A DNA stretch of 64,000 bases from Candidatus Heimdallarchaeum endolithica (GCA_021513715.1 CP084167.1:3232001-3296000), one strand, 5' to 3'. Shown: positions 18,515 through 28,866, counted from the stretch's first letter. Notes: generated from the sequence alone by a model not told the origin. Numbers and translations are program-made.

Positions 18515-19906
18515 TTGCATTCTCTAAATGTATGTACAAAAATTTTGGAAGAAAACGGTATAAGCTATTCAATATACAACCTTGATTCTGATTCATTTAA
18601 TATAATAGATTCAAAAGTAAAAAAAAGAATAGAACAGGTAAAACAAATTGCAGAGGATTTAAAATATGTAGTAGGAATAATAGGCGGGTTTGTTCGTGAT
18701 TTGTTGCTGAAAAGACCAAGTAAAGATGTTGATTTTGTGATTATTGAAGGTGAGCTGGAAAAATTAACAGAAGAGATTTCAAGAAGATTAAATGCAAAAA
18801 AAACTATTATTCACAACCAGACCCTAACTACACAGATACGTTTTAGTGACGGAATAATATTTGAGTTCAATGCACCTAGGGTAGAAAGTTATGAACCTTT
18901 ATCTCGTATTCCAAAGGTAAGAAGAGGGACAATAATAGATGATTTAACAAGAAGAGATTTCACAATAAACTCTCTTATTCTCTTTGAAGATAAATATATA
19001 GATATATTTGATGGAAAAAAAGATCTACTTGAAGGAATTATCAGAACTACAAGAGAACCACCAATCGTTTTTGCAGAAGATTATTTGAGGATTTTTAGAG
19101 CACTAAGATTTGCATGCTTATTAGATTTTAAAATAGAAGAGAAAACAAAGAAAGGAATAATAGAGAATGCACATCAACTTAGTTTTGTAGCCAAAGAAAG
19201 AATAATTGAAGAAATAAGATTAACAGCCAAAAAGAATGTAGTTTGCTGTTTTAAGTTAATGACGGAACTAGCAATAATTCATCCTCTTTTCCCTGAATTG
19301 AAAAATGAAAAAATAAGTGATGAGCATATAATTTCTTTAAAATATGAAAAGATAGAAAAAGAACTAGAGATTATTAAACAACAAAAAGAGATTGAATATT
19401 TCCTTTGTTTTTTTGCTTTAATAATGAGAGAACAATTTATTGAAAAAGAAAATTATCTGTCAAGAATTAAATACGAATTAAAAAAATTCAAATTCTCAAA
19501 AAAAGAGATAGAAAAAATTTTAATGATTGTAAAATACTCTAATATTCTAGTACACCACACTTTTTACCCAGCTTCAAAAAAAGAGTTAAGATTATTATTA
19601 AGAGAAATATTTGAAATAAGAAAAGAAGTTATAGCAATAAATATCGCAGAAAATAAAATCCTAAAGAAGAAGAATATTCATTTAGAAAAAATAATAGAAG
19701 AGTTAAGAGAACTAAGTAAAGATGAAGAACTAATTTTTATAAAACCTGCAGTAAGAGGGGATGAATTAATGGAATTAGGAATAAAAAGAATGGAAATAAA
19801 CCAATGTAAAGAATTTTTAATACATGCTTTGATGGATGAACAGCTAGAAAATACAAAAGAAGAATGCATAAAATATATTAAACGATATTATCTGAAGAAT
19901 CAGTAG
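18515..19906 (+). CDS. cca: class II CCA-adding tRNA nucleotidyltransferase / poly(A) polymerase family
   Basis: GGFVRDLLL..DVD, DDLTRRDFTINS, EDYLRIFRALRFA, AKERI..E. Confidence 0.85.
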   Translation: MHSLNVCTKILEENGISYSIYNLDSDSFNIIDSKVKKRIEQVKQIAEDLKYVVGIIGGFVRDLLLKRPSKDVDFVIIEGELEKLTEEISRRLNAKKTIIHNQTLTTQIRFSDGIIFEFNAPRVESYEPLSRIPKVRRGTIIDDLTRRDFTINSLILFEDKYIDIFDGKKDLLEGIIRTTREPPIVFAEDYLRIFRALRFACLLDFKIEEKTKKGIIENAHQLSFVAKERIIEEIRLTAKKNVVCCFKLMTELAIIHPLFPELKNEKISDEHIISLKYEKIEKELEIIKQQKEIEYFLCFFALIMREQFIEKENYLSRIKYELKKFKFSKKEIEKILMIVKYSNILVHHTFYPASKKELRLLLREIFEIRKEVIAINIAENKILKKKNIHLEKIIEELRELSKDEELIFIKPAVRGDELMELGIKRMEINQCKEFLIHALMDEQLENTKEECIKYIKRYYLKNQ

Positions 19907-19966
19907 TTTAAACAAAAATATGTTTTCTATGTTTTTTAAATTAGTATATTAAACCTCTAATCAAAA

Positions 19967-21886
19967 ATGAGATTTTCTGTTTTAAAAAATCCGATAACTT
20001 TTAATAGAGTAAATACTTGGTTTAATAATATGATTAAATATCAATATGATATTTCCAACTACTTAGCAATTGAAACAGCAGGAGGAGTAGATTGGCACCC
20101 AAATGAAACAAAATTAGTTTTTTCTTATAATGCTCCTGGATTATTTCAAATATTTGAAACAAAAGTAAAAGAAGGAATAACAGGAAATGCGATTCAATTA
20201 TCATCAAGCGAAAATCGTAGTACAGATCCTTGTTTCTTAAGTGATGGTACAATAGTTTTTCATAGAGACTTTGGAGGAAATGAGAATTTTCAACTCTTTG
20301 TTCTTACTAATTCAAATAAGGAACAGAAAATAACTTCTGATTATAATGCTAAACATGTTGTTCTATTTGTTTCAGAAAAATACCTATACTATAGGGCAAA
20401 TGTCACAAACAAATCCAAATTTGAAATTTTCAGGCAAAAAATCCCTGTGTTATATAATCAGCCTGAAAGGATTTTTTCTCCAGATAAGGGATTACCTGTT
20501 TCTATACTTACTGAAGACGATAATTTGTGTGCTATTGTTATTTCCTATGGCAATACAAATGAGGAAGTAATATTACTTGATATTAGCGCAGAGAAAGTAA
20601 ATAATTTAACAGAATCTCTCAAAAATGAGAAAAAGGAGACTTATCGTTGGGAGACTGTTCGTTGGATAGATGACTCGCATCTTCTTGTGGCAACTGACTT
20701 TAAAAATGATATTAACAGATTGGGTATCCTAAGTACTAATGGTAATTTTAATGAATTAAACAATTTAGAACAAAAATACGAATTTAATCTTGCTACCTAT
20801 AGGAAAGGGAGTAACAAAACTTATTTTTCTGTTAATAAAGAAGGGTTTGATGAATTATTTTGTTGTGAATTTACAACTAAAGGGGTTAAGAATTTAGAAA
20901 AAATAAACCTTCCTGCAAAGGGGGTAATATTCTATGGAGACACAAGATCGTTTTCTAGAGCTATATCTTTGTCTCATGACTGCAAATTCTTAGCTATTTC
21001 CTTTTCTTCATCAACAATTCCTTCATCACCGTGGCTAATTGACTTAGAAACAAAGAAAGTATGGCCTGCAATTGATGTGAGAACTGCAGGAATACCTTTA
21101 AACTCTTTTGTAGGATGTAAATTGGAAAGATTTTCTAGTTTTGATCAATTGTCTGTTCCTTACTTTATTTACTATCCTACTAAAGAAAAACCAAAAAGTG
21201 GTTTTCCTGTTTTGATACTTGTTCATGGTGGACCAGAATCTCAAATAAGACCTTATTTTAATCCGGTTATACAATTTTTTGTTGCTGCTGGATATGTTGT
21301 AGCAACGCCAAATATTAGAGGAAGCTCAGGATATGGAAGAAAATATATGGATCTTGATAATGTAGAAAAAAGGTTAGATTCAATAAAAGACATTGCATTT
21401 CTCGCTAATGAATTAAAAAAGAATGAGAAAATAGATCCATCAAAGCTAGTTGTCTATGGAGCAAGCTATGGAGGATTTGCAGTTTTATCTTCTTTGACAG
21501 AATACCCTGATATATGGGCTGCAGGAGTGGATATTGTGGGAATATCCAATTTTGTTACTTTTCTACAAAATACAGCTAGTTGGAGAAGAAAATTGCGAGA
21601 AGCTGAATACGGTAGCCTTGAAAAAGACTTGGAAGTACTAAAATCTATTAGTCCTATTAACAAAATAGATAGAATCCAAGCTCCTTTGTTTATTATCCAT
21701 GGAGACAATGATGAACGTGTTCCTCTATCTGAAACATTACAAATGTATGAAAAAATGAAACAAAAAGGATTGAATGTGGCTCTTCTTCGTTTTTCAGATG
21801 AAGGACATGGAATAACAAAATTACCTAATAAAATCAAAGCTTATACTAAAATCCTTGAATGGTTAAATACCTTGCTGAAAAATTAA
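19967..21886 (+). CDS. S9 family peptidase (acylaminoacyl/dipeptidyl peptidase)
   Basis: HGGP, GASYGG, HGDNDERV, DEGHG; likely start 20030. Confidence 0.92.
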   Translation: MRFSVLKNPITFNRVNTWFNNMIKYQYDISNYLAIETAGGVDWHPNETKLVFSYNAPGLFQIFETKVKEGITGNAIQLSSSENRSTDPCFLSDGTIVFHRDFGGNENFQLFVLTNSNKEQKITSDYNAKHVVLFVSEKYLYYRANVTNKSKFEIFRQKIPVLYNQPERIFSPDKGLPVSILTEDDNLCAIVISYGNTNEEVILLDISAEKVNNLTESLKNEKKETYRWETVRWIDDSHLLVATDFKNDINRLGILSTNGNFNELNNLEQKYEFNLATYRKGSNKTYFSVNKEGFDELFCCEFTTKGVKNLEKINLPAKGVIFYGDTRSFSRAISLSHDCKFLAISFSSSTIPSSPWLIDLETKKVWPAIDVRTAGIPLNSFVGCKLERFSSFDQLSVPYFIYYPTKEKPKSGFPVLILVHGGPESQIRPYFNPVIQFFVAAGYVVATPNIRGSSGYGRKYMDLDNVEKRLDSIKDIAFLANELKKNEKIDPSKLVVYGASYGGFAVLSSLTEYPDIWAAGVDIVGISNFVTFLQNTASWRRKLREAEYGSLEKDLEVLKSISPINKIDRIQAPLFIIHGDNDERVPLSETLQMYEKMKQKGLNVALLRFSDEGHGITKLPNKIKAYTKILEWLNTLLKN

Positions 21887-22060
21887 CCTTTCATACTTTT
21901 TTTCTTCTACTACTTTTATGCTTTAGAAATTGATTATTTTTTATGCTTTAAGCGGAAGACTTAAATTTCTTTCGTTTTTATACATTAATGTTATATGACC
22001 GTTTTAGCCGCCTAAACGGCAGAATACGAGTTTTTTTATTTGTTTTTTTAAAAACTTTTT

Positions 22061-22076
22061 CCAAAACTTTTATATA
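22061..22076 (+). promoter_or_regulatory. putative BRE/TATA box for tfb
   Basis: CCAAAAC followed by TTTTATATA. Confidence 0.45.
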
Positions 22077-22249
22077 CTATAATCGCAATTTAAATTACGG
22101 ACACCTAAAGTGGTTATGGCAGATTGGTTCTCTATTTTAGCTAGGAGAAGAAAGTAAAGAAGAGGAAAGAATGTACTAGGGTAGAGGAAGGATTCAAACA
22201 TTAGTAGAATAATATAGAGAATCACACAGAAGCTTTAGTGTTTAAATAG

Positions 22250-23203
22250 GTGATAGAAAGAATGAGTCATAGTAATTCATCTAGTGGATATGAAGAGGAG
22301 CAAATAACATGTCCTGAGTGTGGAAGTACTGATGTGGTATTAGATCAAACAAGAGGAGAGCATATTTGTAGAGAATGTGGAACAGTAGTGGAGGACAAGT
22401 TAATTGATGATGGGCCAGAGTGGAGGGCATTTACTGCAGAAGAGCGTTCAAAACGTTCAAGAGTTGGTTCTCCCACAACAATCACAATTCATGATAAAGG
22501 TTTAAGTACACAGATTGGATGGGAAGACAGAGACGTTTATGGTAAAAAATTATCTCCTAAAAGACGTGCTCAAATTTATCGTCTTCGTAAATGGCAAATA
22601 CGAACAAGAGTGCATAGTTCAATCGATAGAAATCTAGCTTATGCAATGTCTGAACTCGATAGATTAGCTTCTCAATTAGGACTTCCTAGAAGTGTAAATG
22701 AAACAGCTGCAAATATATATAGAAAAGCAATTGAGAAGAGACTGATCAGAGGACGTTCAATAGAAGCAATGATTGGTGCTACAGCCTATGCAGGGGCAAG
22801 AATAAGACGTGTTCCCCGGACTTTAGATGAGATAGCTCGCCATTCCAGAATTTCGAAGAAAGAACTGGGAAGGTGTTACAGGTTAATTATTCGTGAGTTG
22901 AATATTAAAATACCTTTAGCAAACCCAAGAGATTATATTGTACGTTTTGCTGCAGAATTAAGATTGAGTGGGAAGACTTCCCAAAAAGCTGTAGAATTGT
23001 TGGAAAGAGCTAAAGAGCACAATTTAACAGCAGGAAAAGATCCAACAGGTTTAGCTGCTGCAGCAATCTATATAGCTGGAATCACAGAAGGAGAACGAAG
23101 AACTCAAAGGGAAATAGCTGAAACTGCTACTGTAACAGAGGTTACTGTAAGAAACAGGTACAAAGAACTTGTTAGAAAATTAAACATAGAAGTAACAATA
23201 TAA
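22250..23203 (+). CDS. tfb: transcription initiation factor IIB
   Basis: CPECG Zn ribbon, GPEWRAF B-reader, two cyclin repeats, VTEVTVRNRYKEL; alternative ATG at 22262. Confidence 0.98.
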   Translation: MIERMSHSNSSSGYEEEQITCPECGSTDVVLDQTRGEHICRECGTVVEDKLIDDGPEWRAFTAEERSKRSRVGSPTTITIHDKGLSTQIGWEDRDVYGKKLSPKRRAQIYRLRKWQIRTRVHSSIDRNLAYAMSELDRLASQLGLPRSVNETAANIYRKAIEKRLIRGRSIEAMIGATAYAGARIRRVPRTLDEIARHSRISKKELGRCYRLIIRELNIKIPLANPRDYIVRFAAELRLSGKTSQKAVELLERAKEHNLTAGKDPTGLAAAAIYIAGITEGERRTQREIAETATVTEVTVRNRYKELVRKLNIEVTI

Positions 23204-23289
23204 AAGTACAAAACATTCATAATATGTATTTGCTCTTTTTTTCTCTCTCTTTTTTCAAAGAATTTAATAATATAGTTGATTTTCTGTAA

Positions 23290-24831
23290 ATGAGCTTTAT
23301 GACTGAAGAAAATAGAATAGAAAAAATAATAGATGTTTGTCTCCGTCGAGGTTTTGTTAATCAATCTGCTGAAATTTATGGTGGATCTTCTGGTTTTTTT
23401 GATTTGGGGCCATTAGGAACTCTAATGCGCCAAAAATTGGTGGATTTTTGGAGACAACTATTTGTACTTGATAATGATAATATCTTTGAAATTGATGGTT
23501 CTTTACTCCTTCCTGAAAGCGTCTTTAAAGCTTCTGGACATTTAGACTCCTTTGAAGATCCTCTAATTCAATGTAAAAGTTGCAAATCTATGTATCGTGC
23601 AGACCATATAATTGCTCAGAATACAGGAATAAGCGCTGAAGGTTTGTCTTTAGAAGAACTTGATAAAATTGTTGAAGAAAATAAAATTGTCTGTCCAAGT
23701 TGTAAGGGAGAACTTGACAAAGCAAGGCAGTTTAATTTAATGTTTAGTACTGGGATTGGGCCTGTAAGTGGTAATAAAGGTTACCTTAGACCAGAAACAG
23801 CACAAAATATTTTTGTTAACTTTAAACGTTATGCCTCCTTTATGAGGAATAAACTTCCTTTTGGAATTGCACAAGTCGGTAAATCTTTTAGAAATGAGAT
23901 TTCTCCTAGGAACTTTCTCATAAGAGTTAGAGAATTTGAACAAATGGAAATAGAAATGTTCTTTGATCCAGAAATGGCAAATAAGTTTTCTCTTTTTGAT
24001 TTTGTTGAAGATGTTGAAATTAACATTGTTACAAAAGAAATGCAAGAAAAAGAATGGTCCAAACCTCTATCTATGAGTGTTAAAGACGCTGTTGAAAAAA
24101 GAATAATACCTAATCAAGTTATGGGTTACTTTATTGCTATGGAGAGTGAAATGTTACAAGCATTAGGTATCCCTAAAGAATCATTCTGGTTTAGATTTAT
24201 GCTACCGCATGAGACTCCACATTATTCTGGCGGTAATCTTGATCTTGAAGTAAAACTGTCTATTGGAAACGTAGAAATAATAGGGAATGCCTATAGAACT
24301 GATTATGACCTAAAGAAGCATCAAAAAGCTTCTAAATCTACTTTCACAATAGTGTCTAATAACAAGAAAGTTTTACCCCATGTCGTAGAACCATCTATGG
24401 GTGTAGGTAGAATACTTTATACAATTTTGGAATACTGCTATAGAGAAGATGAAAGTAGAACTTGGTCTTGGTTCAAATTTCCAGCATCAATAGCTCCGAT
24501 TGAAATAGCTGTTTTTCCATTAATGAAAAAAGATGGACTTGCAGAATATGCTCAAGATTTACATTTAGACCTTAAGGACGCTGGTTTTGTTTCATTTTAT
24601 GATGATTCAGGAAAAATAGGAAAAAGATATGCACGAGCAGACGAGATTGGGATATTATACTGCATAACTGTGGATTATGAAAGTTTAGAAAAAGATACAG
24701 TAACTATCAGAGATAGAGATTCAACTAAACAAGCAAGAGTACCCATTGAAGACCTTGAAGATGTTTTAGATGCACTTTTAGAAGAAGAATTAACCTTTGA
24801 AGAGCTATTAGAAAACCAGAAAAATAACTAA
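23290..24831 (+). CDS. glyS: glycyl-tRNA synthetase (archaeal/eukaryotic alpha2 type)
   Basis: LRPETAQ, FRNEISPR..RVREFEQME, EPSMG, IGKRYARADEIG. Confidence 0.97.
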   Translation: MSFMTEENRIEKIIDVCLRRGFVNQSAEIYGGSSGFFDLGPLGTLMRQKLVDFWRQLFVLDNDNIFEIDGSLLLPESVFKASGHLDSFEDPLIQCKSCKSMYRADHIIAQNTGISAEGLSLEELDKIVEENKIVCPSCKGELDKARQFNLMFSTGIGPVSGNKGYLRPETAQNIFVNFKRYASFMRNKLPFGIAQVGKSFRNEISPRNFLIRVREFEQMEIEMFFDPEMANKFSLFDFVEDVEINIVTKEMQEKEWSKPLSMSVKDAVEKRIIPNQVMGYFIAMESEMLQALGIPKESFWFRFMLPHETPHYSGGNLDLEVKLSIGNVEIIGNAYRTDYDLKKHQKASKSTFTIVSNNKKVLPHVVEPSMGVGRILYTILEYCYREDESRTWSWFKFPASIAPIEIAVFPLMKKDGLAEYAQDLHLDLKDAGFVSFYDDSGKIGKRYARADEIGILYCITVDYESLEKDTVTIRDRDSTKQARVPIEDLEDVLDALLEEELTFEELLENQKNN

Positions 24832-24900
24832 TAGAGCAATAAACTTAAACCTTAAAAACAATGTAATAAATGTCAAATTGAATTATAGAAAGTGAGTAGA

Positions 24901-25047
24901 ATGACCAAATATATCTGCCAAAATTGTAAAACAGAAATCACACCTAATGATTTAAGACTTCTTCCAGGTGTAAAGTGTCCTAAATGCAGTCATAGAATAT
25001 TAATTAAGAAACGTTCTCTTATTGCCAAACCAGTAAAAGCAAGATAA
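24901..25047 (+). CDS. rpoP: DNA-directed RNA polymerase subunit Rpo12/P
   Basis: Manual translation MTKYICQNCKTEITPNDLRLLPGVKCPKCSHRILIKKRSLIAKPVKAR* (48 aa); below the ORF-track size cutoff. Confidence 0.93.
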   Translation: MTKYICQNCKTEITPNDLRLLPGVKCPKCSHRILIKKRSLIAKPVKAR

Positions 25048-25097
25048 TCTTCTTTTTATCCTTATTTTTTTATTTAGTCTATTTAGTCTATTTTTTA

Positions 25098-26699
25098 TTA
25101 TAGAAGTTCAATGACTTCAGCTTTTACTAGTTTATCAGAAAGAACATCAGTTATTTTGACTTTTGCTATTCTTTTAATAATATCACTTTTATATTCAATA
25201 CTTATTGCAGGTCCGGCATTGATAAAATAACCTATGTAAGTATTCTCTCTTTTGAAATCTCTCTCTGAAATAATAACGGTTGCAGTTTTTCCAACCAATT
25301 TCTTCTTTTTTTCTCTATTGAATGAAATTATAGTTTGTTTTAATTCTTCACGCTTTTTATGTAAGAGATATCTTTCAGGAGGAGAAAAAACTTTCATTTT
25401 GGTAAAAGGGCTGTTAGGAAGAGCTAAGTATTTGTAAACTGTGACTTTATCAGCAACAGACCATAAATGATTTCTTACTACATCGATTGTTTTTTCTAAA
25501 GCTAAAACTGTTTCTCCTGGCAAAGAATGAATGAGATAAATTTGTGGTCTTAAACCTGCCTTTGTTAATAGTTTAGAAGCTTCTATTGCTTTTTTTGGAG
25601 AAGAAGGTCTTCCTAATTTTCTACTTAGATCTTCATCAAAAGTTTCACAACCTATAGATATTGGAGTGTTAGGAAGATATTTACCTAGAATTTCAACTAC
25701 TTGTTTATTTACTAGGGTGGGTTTGACATTTTCAATAATAATAGACCTATTTGGCTTTTCATCTCTTATTTCAGCTAGTTCAGAAAGAAGTTGTTCAATT
25801 GCTTGAGTATTAGGCTCAGGAAAGGATGCAGAAACAACACCACCATCTTTTCCTCTCATATAATCTAAAAACCCAGGTGCAGAAAGAACTATTCTATTTA
25901 CTCCTAAATTGAATAATTCTCTAATCTCTTTTACAATTAGCTCGTGAGGGCGACTAACTGGGGCTCCAAAAGTTGAGGGGACACTGCAAAAGCCACAACC
26001 TGGAGGAATATTAGCTGGGCAGTCTACTAGCTCTACTTCTTTCTCTTCAGAGTCAGAACAAAACCCACAATCAGGACATAGACCTTTTTCCCGCACTAAT
26101 GTTCCTCGTAGAAAGTTTGAACATCCTCTAACAGTTTCTACATAAACTCTAGCAAACCAGTACTCTTCATAGTCTGTAATAGCTCTGGTAGAAGGATAAT
26201 AATTAAAAATGTAATAGTCTGTTGATCTCTTCTCTTTTAAAAGATAAAACCTTCCAATTTTTTCTATTACAAACTGTTCTCTGTAATTTTCTACAAAACT
26301 TTGTATATTAAATTCAGCTTCTATTAACTTATCAAGAAATAATTCACCTTGTCCTTGAACAGCTGCAGTGATTTTTAGCTCGGAGATATGTTTAATATCA
26401 GAAGTAATAGGTCCTCCTACAAAAATCTTGGGTTGCATTACTTCTTCTTTTAGTTTTTTTACTATTTCTCTTATAGCAATTAAGTCTACACTCATTCCAC
26501 TAACTAAAAAGGCATTAAAAGAAGTTAAGTCATAGTTATGATTTTTAGAAAGTAAATCTTCTGCTCTAATTATCTTAGAGTAAATATTTTTGGATTCACA
26601 AATGCCTGCAAGTAGTCTTGGTCCTACTCCAATTACATCTCTTGTAAATTTTCTTTTTCCATCATTTGAAGCAAGAGCATCAATAATTAGAATGTTCAC
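25098..26699 (-). CDS. B12-binding-like radical SAM protein with C-terminal TRAM domain
   Basis: IFVGGP, ETVRGC..(insert)..GCGFC, IGCET, SLPGET, TRAM-like VKITDV at the end. Confidence 0.8.
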   Translation of the reverse strand: MNILIIDALASNDGKRKFTRDVIGVGPRLLAGICESKNIYSKIIRAEDLLSKNHNYDLTSFNAFLVSGMSVDLIAIREIVKKLKEEVMQPKIFVGGPITSDIKHISELKITAAVQGQGELFLDKLIEAEFNIQSFVENYREQFVIEKIGRFYLLKEKRSTDYYIFNYYPSTRAITDYEEYWFARVYVETVRGCSNFLRGTLVREKGLCPDCGFCSDSEEKEVELVDCPANIPPGCGFCSVPSTFGAPVSRPHELIVKEIRELFNLGVNRIVLSAPGFLDYMRGKDGGVVSASFPEPNTQAIEQLLSELAEIRDEKPNRSIIIENVKPTLVNKQVVEILGKYLPNTPISIGCETFDEDLSRKLGRPSSPKKAIEASKLLTKAGLRPQIYLIHSLPGETVLALEKTIDVVRNHLWSVADKVTVYKYLALPNSPFTKMKVFSPPERYLLHKKREELKQTIISFNREKKKKLVGKTATVIISERDFKRENTYIGYFINAGPAISIEYKSDIIKRIAKVKITDVLSDKLVKAEVIELL

Positions 26700-26847
26700 G
26701 ATGGAACAATTTTTTCACATCTTAAAAAGATTAGTTTTGTTAAAGCAATTCAAAAATTAGAATTAAACAGTTTTTAAAATATTCACACTGCTTCTAAAAA
26801 ATAGAAAAAGAAAAACTATTGTTTAATTGTTGTTTTTTTGTATATTA

Positions 26848-28065
26848 TAGTACTTCCGCAATAACTTAGACTATCTCACCTCCATACAAACTTGAGCGTA
26901 AACACCTCAAGGTGAAATAGAGCGTAACAGGTCTTGAGCGTTTCAACAAAGGTTTGTTAGACGGGGGAGTGAAAAAAGGAGGGATAACAGAAGAGCGAAA
27001 ACAAACATATAAAGCGAGGACGAGAAGAGAAAAACAAAGATACAAGAACCTGACGGTGGCATTATTGGTAGTTGTAGAAACACTAATGCTCTTGAGAAGA
27101 CGGTAGGACGTCTCTATACCCCACCGATGACAATAATCGTAGATCTGTTGCTCTGAAGAAATATGCCAACTGATACAAACAAACCAGTCTTTCCGCTTTG
27201 GGAGCCAATAAGCATGCAACATAACTTCTGTAGTTTCACCTTGCACACTTTTCATAGTGTAAGGAACAGAAGTTATTTTACCTGTTTTAGGAAAGTTTTC
27301 CAGGTATGACCTAATCTTCTTATTTTTCCGCGCTCCAATGACGAAAGGAATAGTGTAGGCTTGTAGTAGTTTCACTACTTCAACAGAATAGAAACCTCTA
27401 TCTGCATACAACACCTTTATGTTCCTGTTTTTAAGACTAAACTTGTTGAAGAGCGATTCTAATAGTCCCTCTTTAGAATCAAAAGTTGACACGGGAAATG
27501 CACCTAAAGGAAGAGCACCATAAGGTGATTTGACTGTTGAAACCGTGATATATCGATAAAACCATTCATTTTTATACTGGTGAATATACTCATCTCTTCT
27601 TTTCCCATAATATCGTATGTCCATCGTGTCTACTGCTAGTATTAATGGACTCTTTATTTTCTTCTTTCTTTTCAATAGTTCCCCACACTGCTGAAATGAA
27701 GAGATGAAAACCTCTGATATGCCGTTTATATCCAATTTGTTCAAGTGATAACGTATTGTATCTCCGTCTTTAGTCGAAAATTGTTCAGCTGACTGCTCGA
27801 TAGATGTTTGTTCCACCACTGCTCCCATGACGGTCTTCTTAACCTCTTCTTTTGTTTCTCCTCTTTTCCTCTGTCCTTTGTGTGGAAAATCCATCTTTCT
27901 TATCCAGTGACAAACTTTTATACTTGTTTTCCTATCTTCTCTTGTGGGTTGAAAGCGTTTTTCTAAAAAACTTTTGACCGATTTTAATAAGCTGAAGTTA
28001 GAATTGTTCATATTATTATTGTCGGGCTTTCAACCCATAACTTTTACGATAATTCGGAAGTACTA
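26848..28065 (-). mobile_element. ISH3-family (IS4-like DDE) insertion sequence, apparently intact
   Basis: TIRs TAGTACTTCCG (26848-26858) and CGGAAGTACTA (28055-28065); 6-bp direct repeat ATATTA at 26842-26847 and 28066-28071; GC higher than flanks. Confidence 0.93.
26866..28011 (-). CDS. ISH3-family DDE transposase
   Basis: LAVD, YADRGFY, Y..RWGIETSYR. Confidence 0.92.
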   Translation of the reverse strand: MNNSNFSLLKSVKSFLEKRFQPTREDRKTSIKVCHWIRKMDFPHKGQRKRGETKEEVKKTVMGAVVEQTSIEQSAEQFSTKDGDTIRYHLNKLDINGISEVFISSFQQCGELLKRKKKIKSPLILAVDTMDIRYYGKRRDEYIHQYKNEWFYRYITVSTVKSPYGALPLGAFPVSTFDSKEGLLESLFNKFSLKNRNIKVLYADRGFYSVEVVKLLQAYTIPFVIGARKNKKIRSYLENFPKTGKITSVPYTMKSVQGETTEVMLHAYWLPKRKDWFVCISWHISSEQQIYDYCHRWGIETSYRLLKSISVSTTTNNATVRFLYLCFSLLVLALYVCFRSSVIPPFFTPPSNKPLLKRSRPVTLYFTLRCLRSSLYGGEIV

Positions 28066-28111
28066 ATATTAACAAAAAAATATAAAAAGGATTGAAAGTA
28101 ACTTTTTATGA

Positions 28112-28423
28112 ATGGAAGAAGATTTGTGTCCAGTATGTGGTTTACCTCACGACTTGTGTGTCTGTGAGGGTTTAGCAAAAGAAGTACAGATAATAAGAGT
28201 TTATTTAGAAAAAAGACGATATGGCAAGAATTATACTTGTATATCGGGAATTGATCCAAAAGAAGTTGACCTGGGATCTTTAGCGAAAAAACTTAAGACC
28301 CAGCTTGCGTGTGGAGGAACGTATAAAGATGGAAGAATTGAGTTGCAAGGAGATCACAGATTTAAGATAAAAGATTTGCTTGTAAATGCAGGTTTTCCCG
28401 CTGAAAATATAGAAGTACAATAA
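28112..28423 (+). CDS. translation initiation factor aIF1/SUI1
   Basis: CPVCGLP..LCVCE, LKTQLACGGT, IELQGDHR. Confidence 0.96.
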   Translation: MEEDLCPVCGLPHDLCVCEGLAKEVQIIRVYLEKRRYGKNYTCISGIDPKEVDLGSLAKKLKTQLACGGTYKDGRIELQGDHRFKIKDLLVNAGFPAENIEVQ

Positions 28424-28605
28424 TAATACAATCTCTTTTTTATTTTTATTTTTGTTTTACTGCTCTTTCAGTACAGTTCTTAAAAACAAACAATAGAAGG
28501 AAAATATATGTATAAATTTGAACCAAAATAGTGCAAGTTTAATTTTAAGAAAGCTCTATACTCATATTTTTAAATTGAATAGTATTACTTTTTTTTAGTC
28601 ATAAA

Positions 28606-28866
28606 GTGTTTTCTATGAAGAAGAAAAAGAAAGAAAAAAAAGAAAAGTCAATAAGAGATAGAGTAGAAGTTTGCCCTATCTGTTTCTCAATAGTGAAAAG
28701 ATCTCCACAAATCTTTGATGTTAATAGCACCTTTCACTGTACTAATAGTGATTGTGGTTGGAGTGGTTCTTTTGCTGTTGAAGTGGATATTGATGATTAT
28801 AAGCAGTTTCTTGTAGATAAACAAAAAAATAATGGTGCTAATAAAAATAGTAGAGATGAACCATAA
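28606..28866 (+). CDS. small zinc-finger protein
   Basis: CPIC...CTNSDCGWSG. Confidence 0.65.
   Translation: MFSMKKKKKEKKEKSIRDRVEVCPICFSIVKRSPQIFDVNSTFHCTNSDCGWSGSFAVEVDIDDYKQFLVDKQKNNGANKNSRDEP

Noticed and set aside
25072-25092. ATTTAGTCT duplicated
   Set aside because: Only two 9-bp units in a T-rich region between convergent genes; probably slippage
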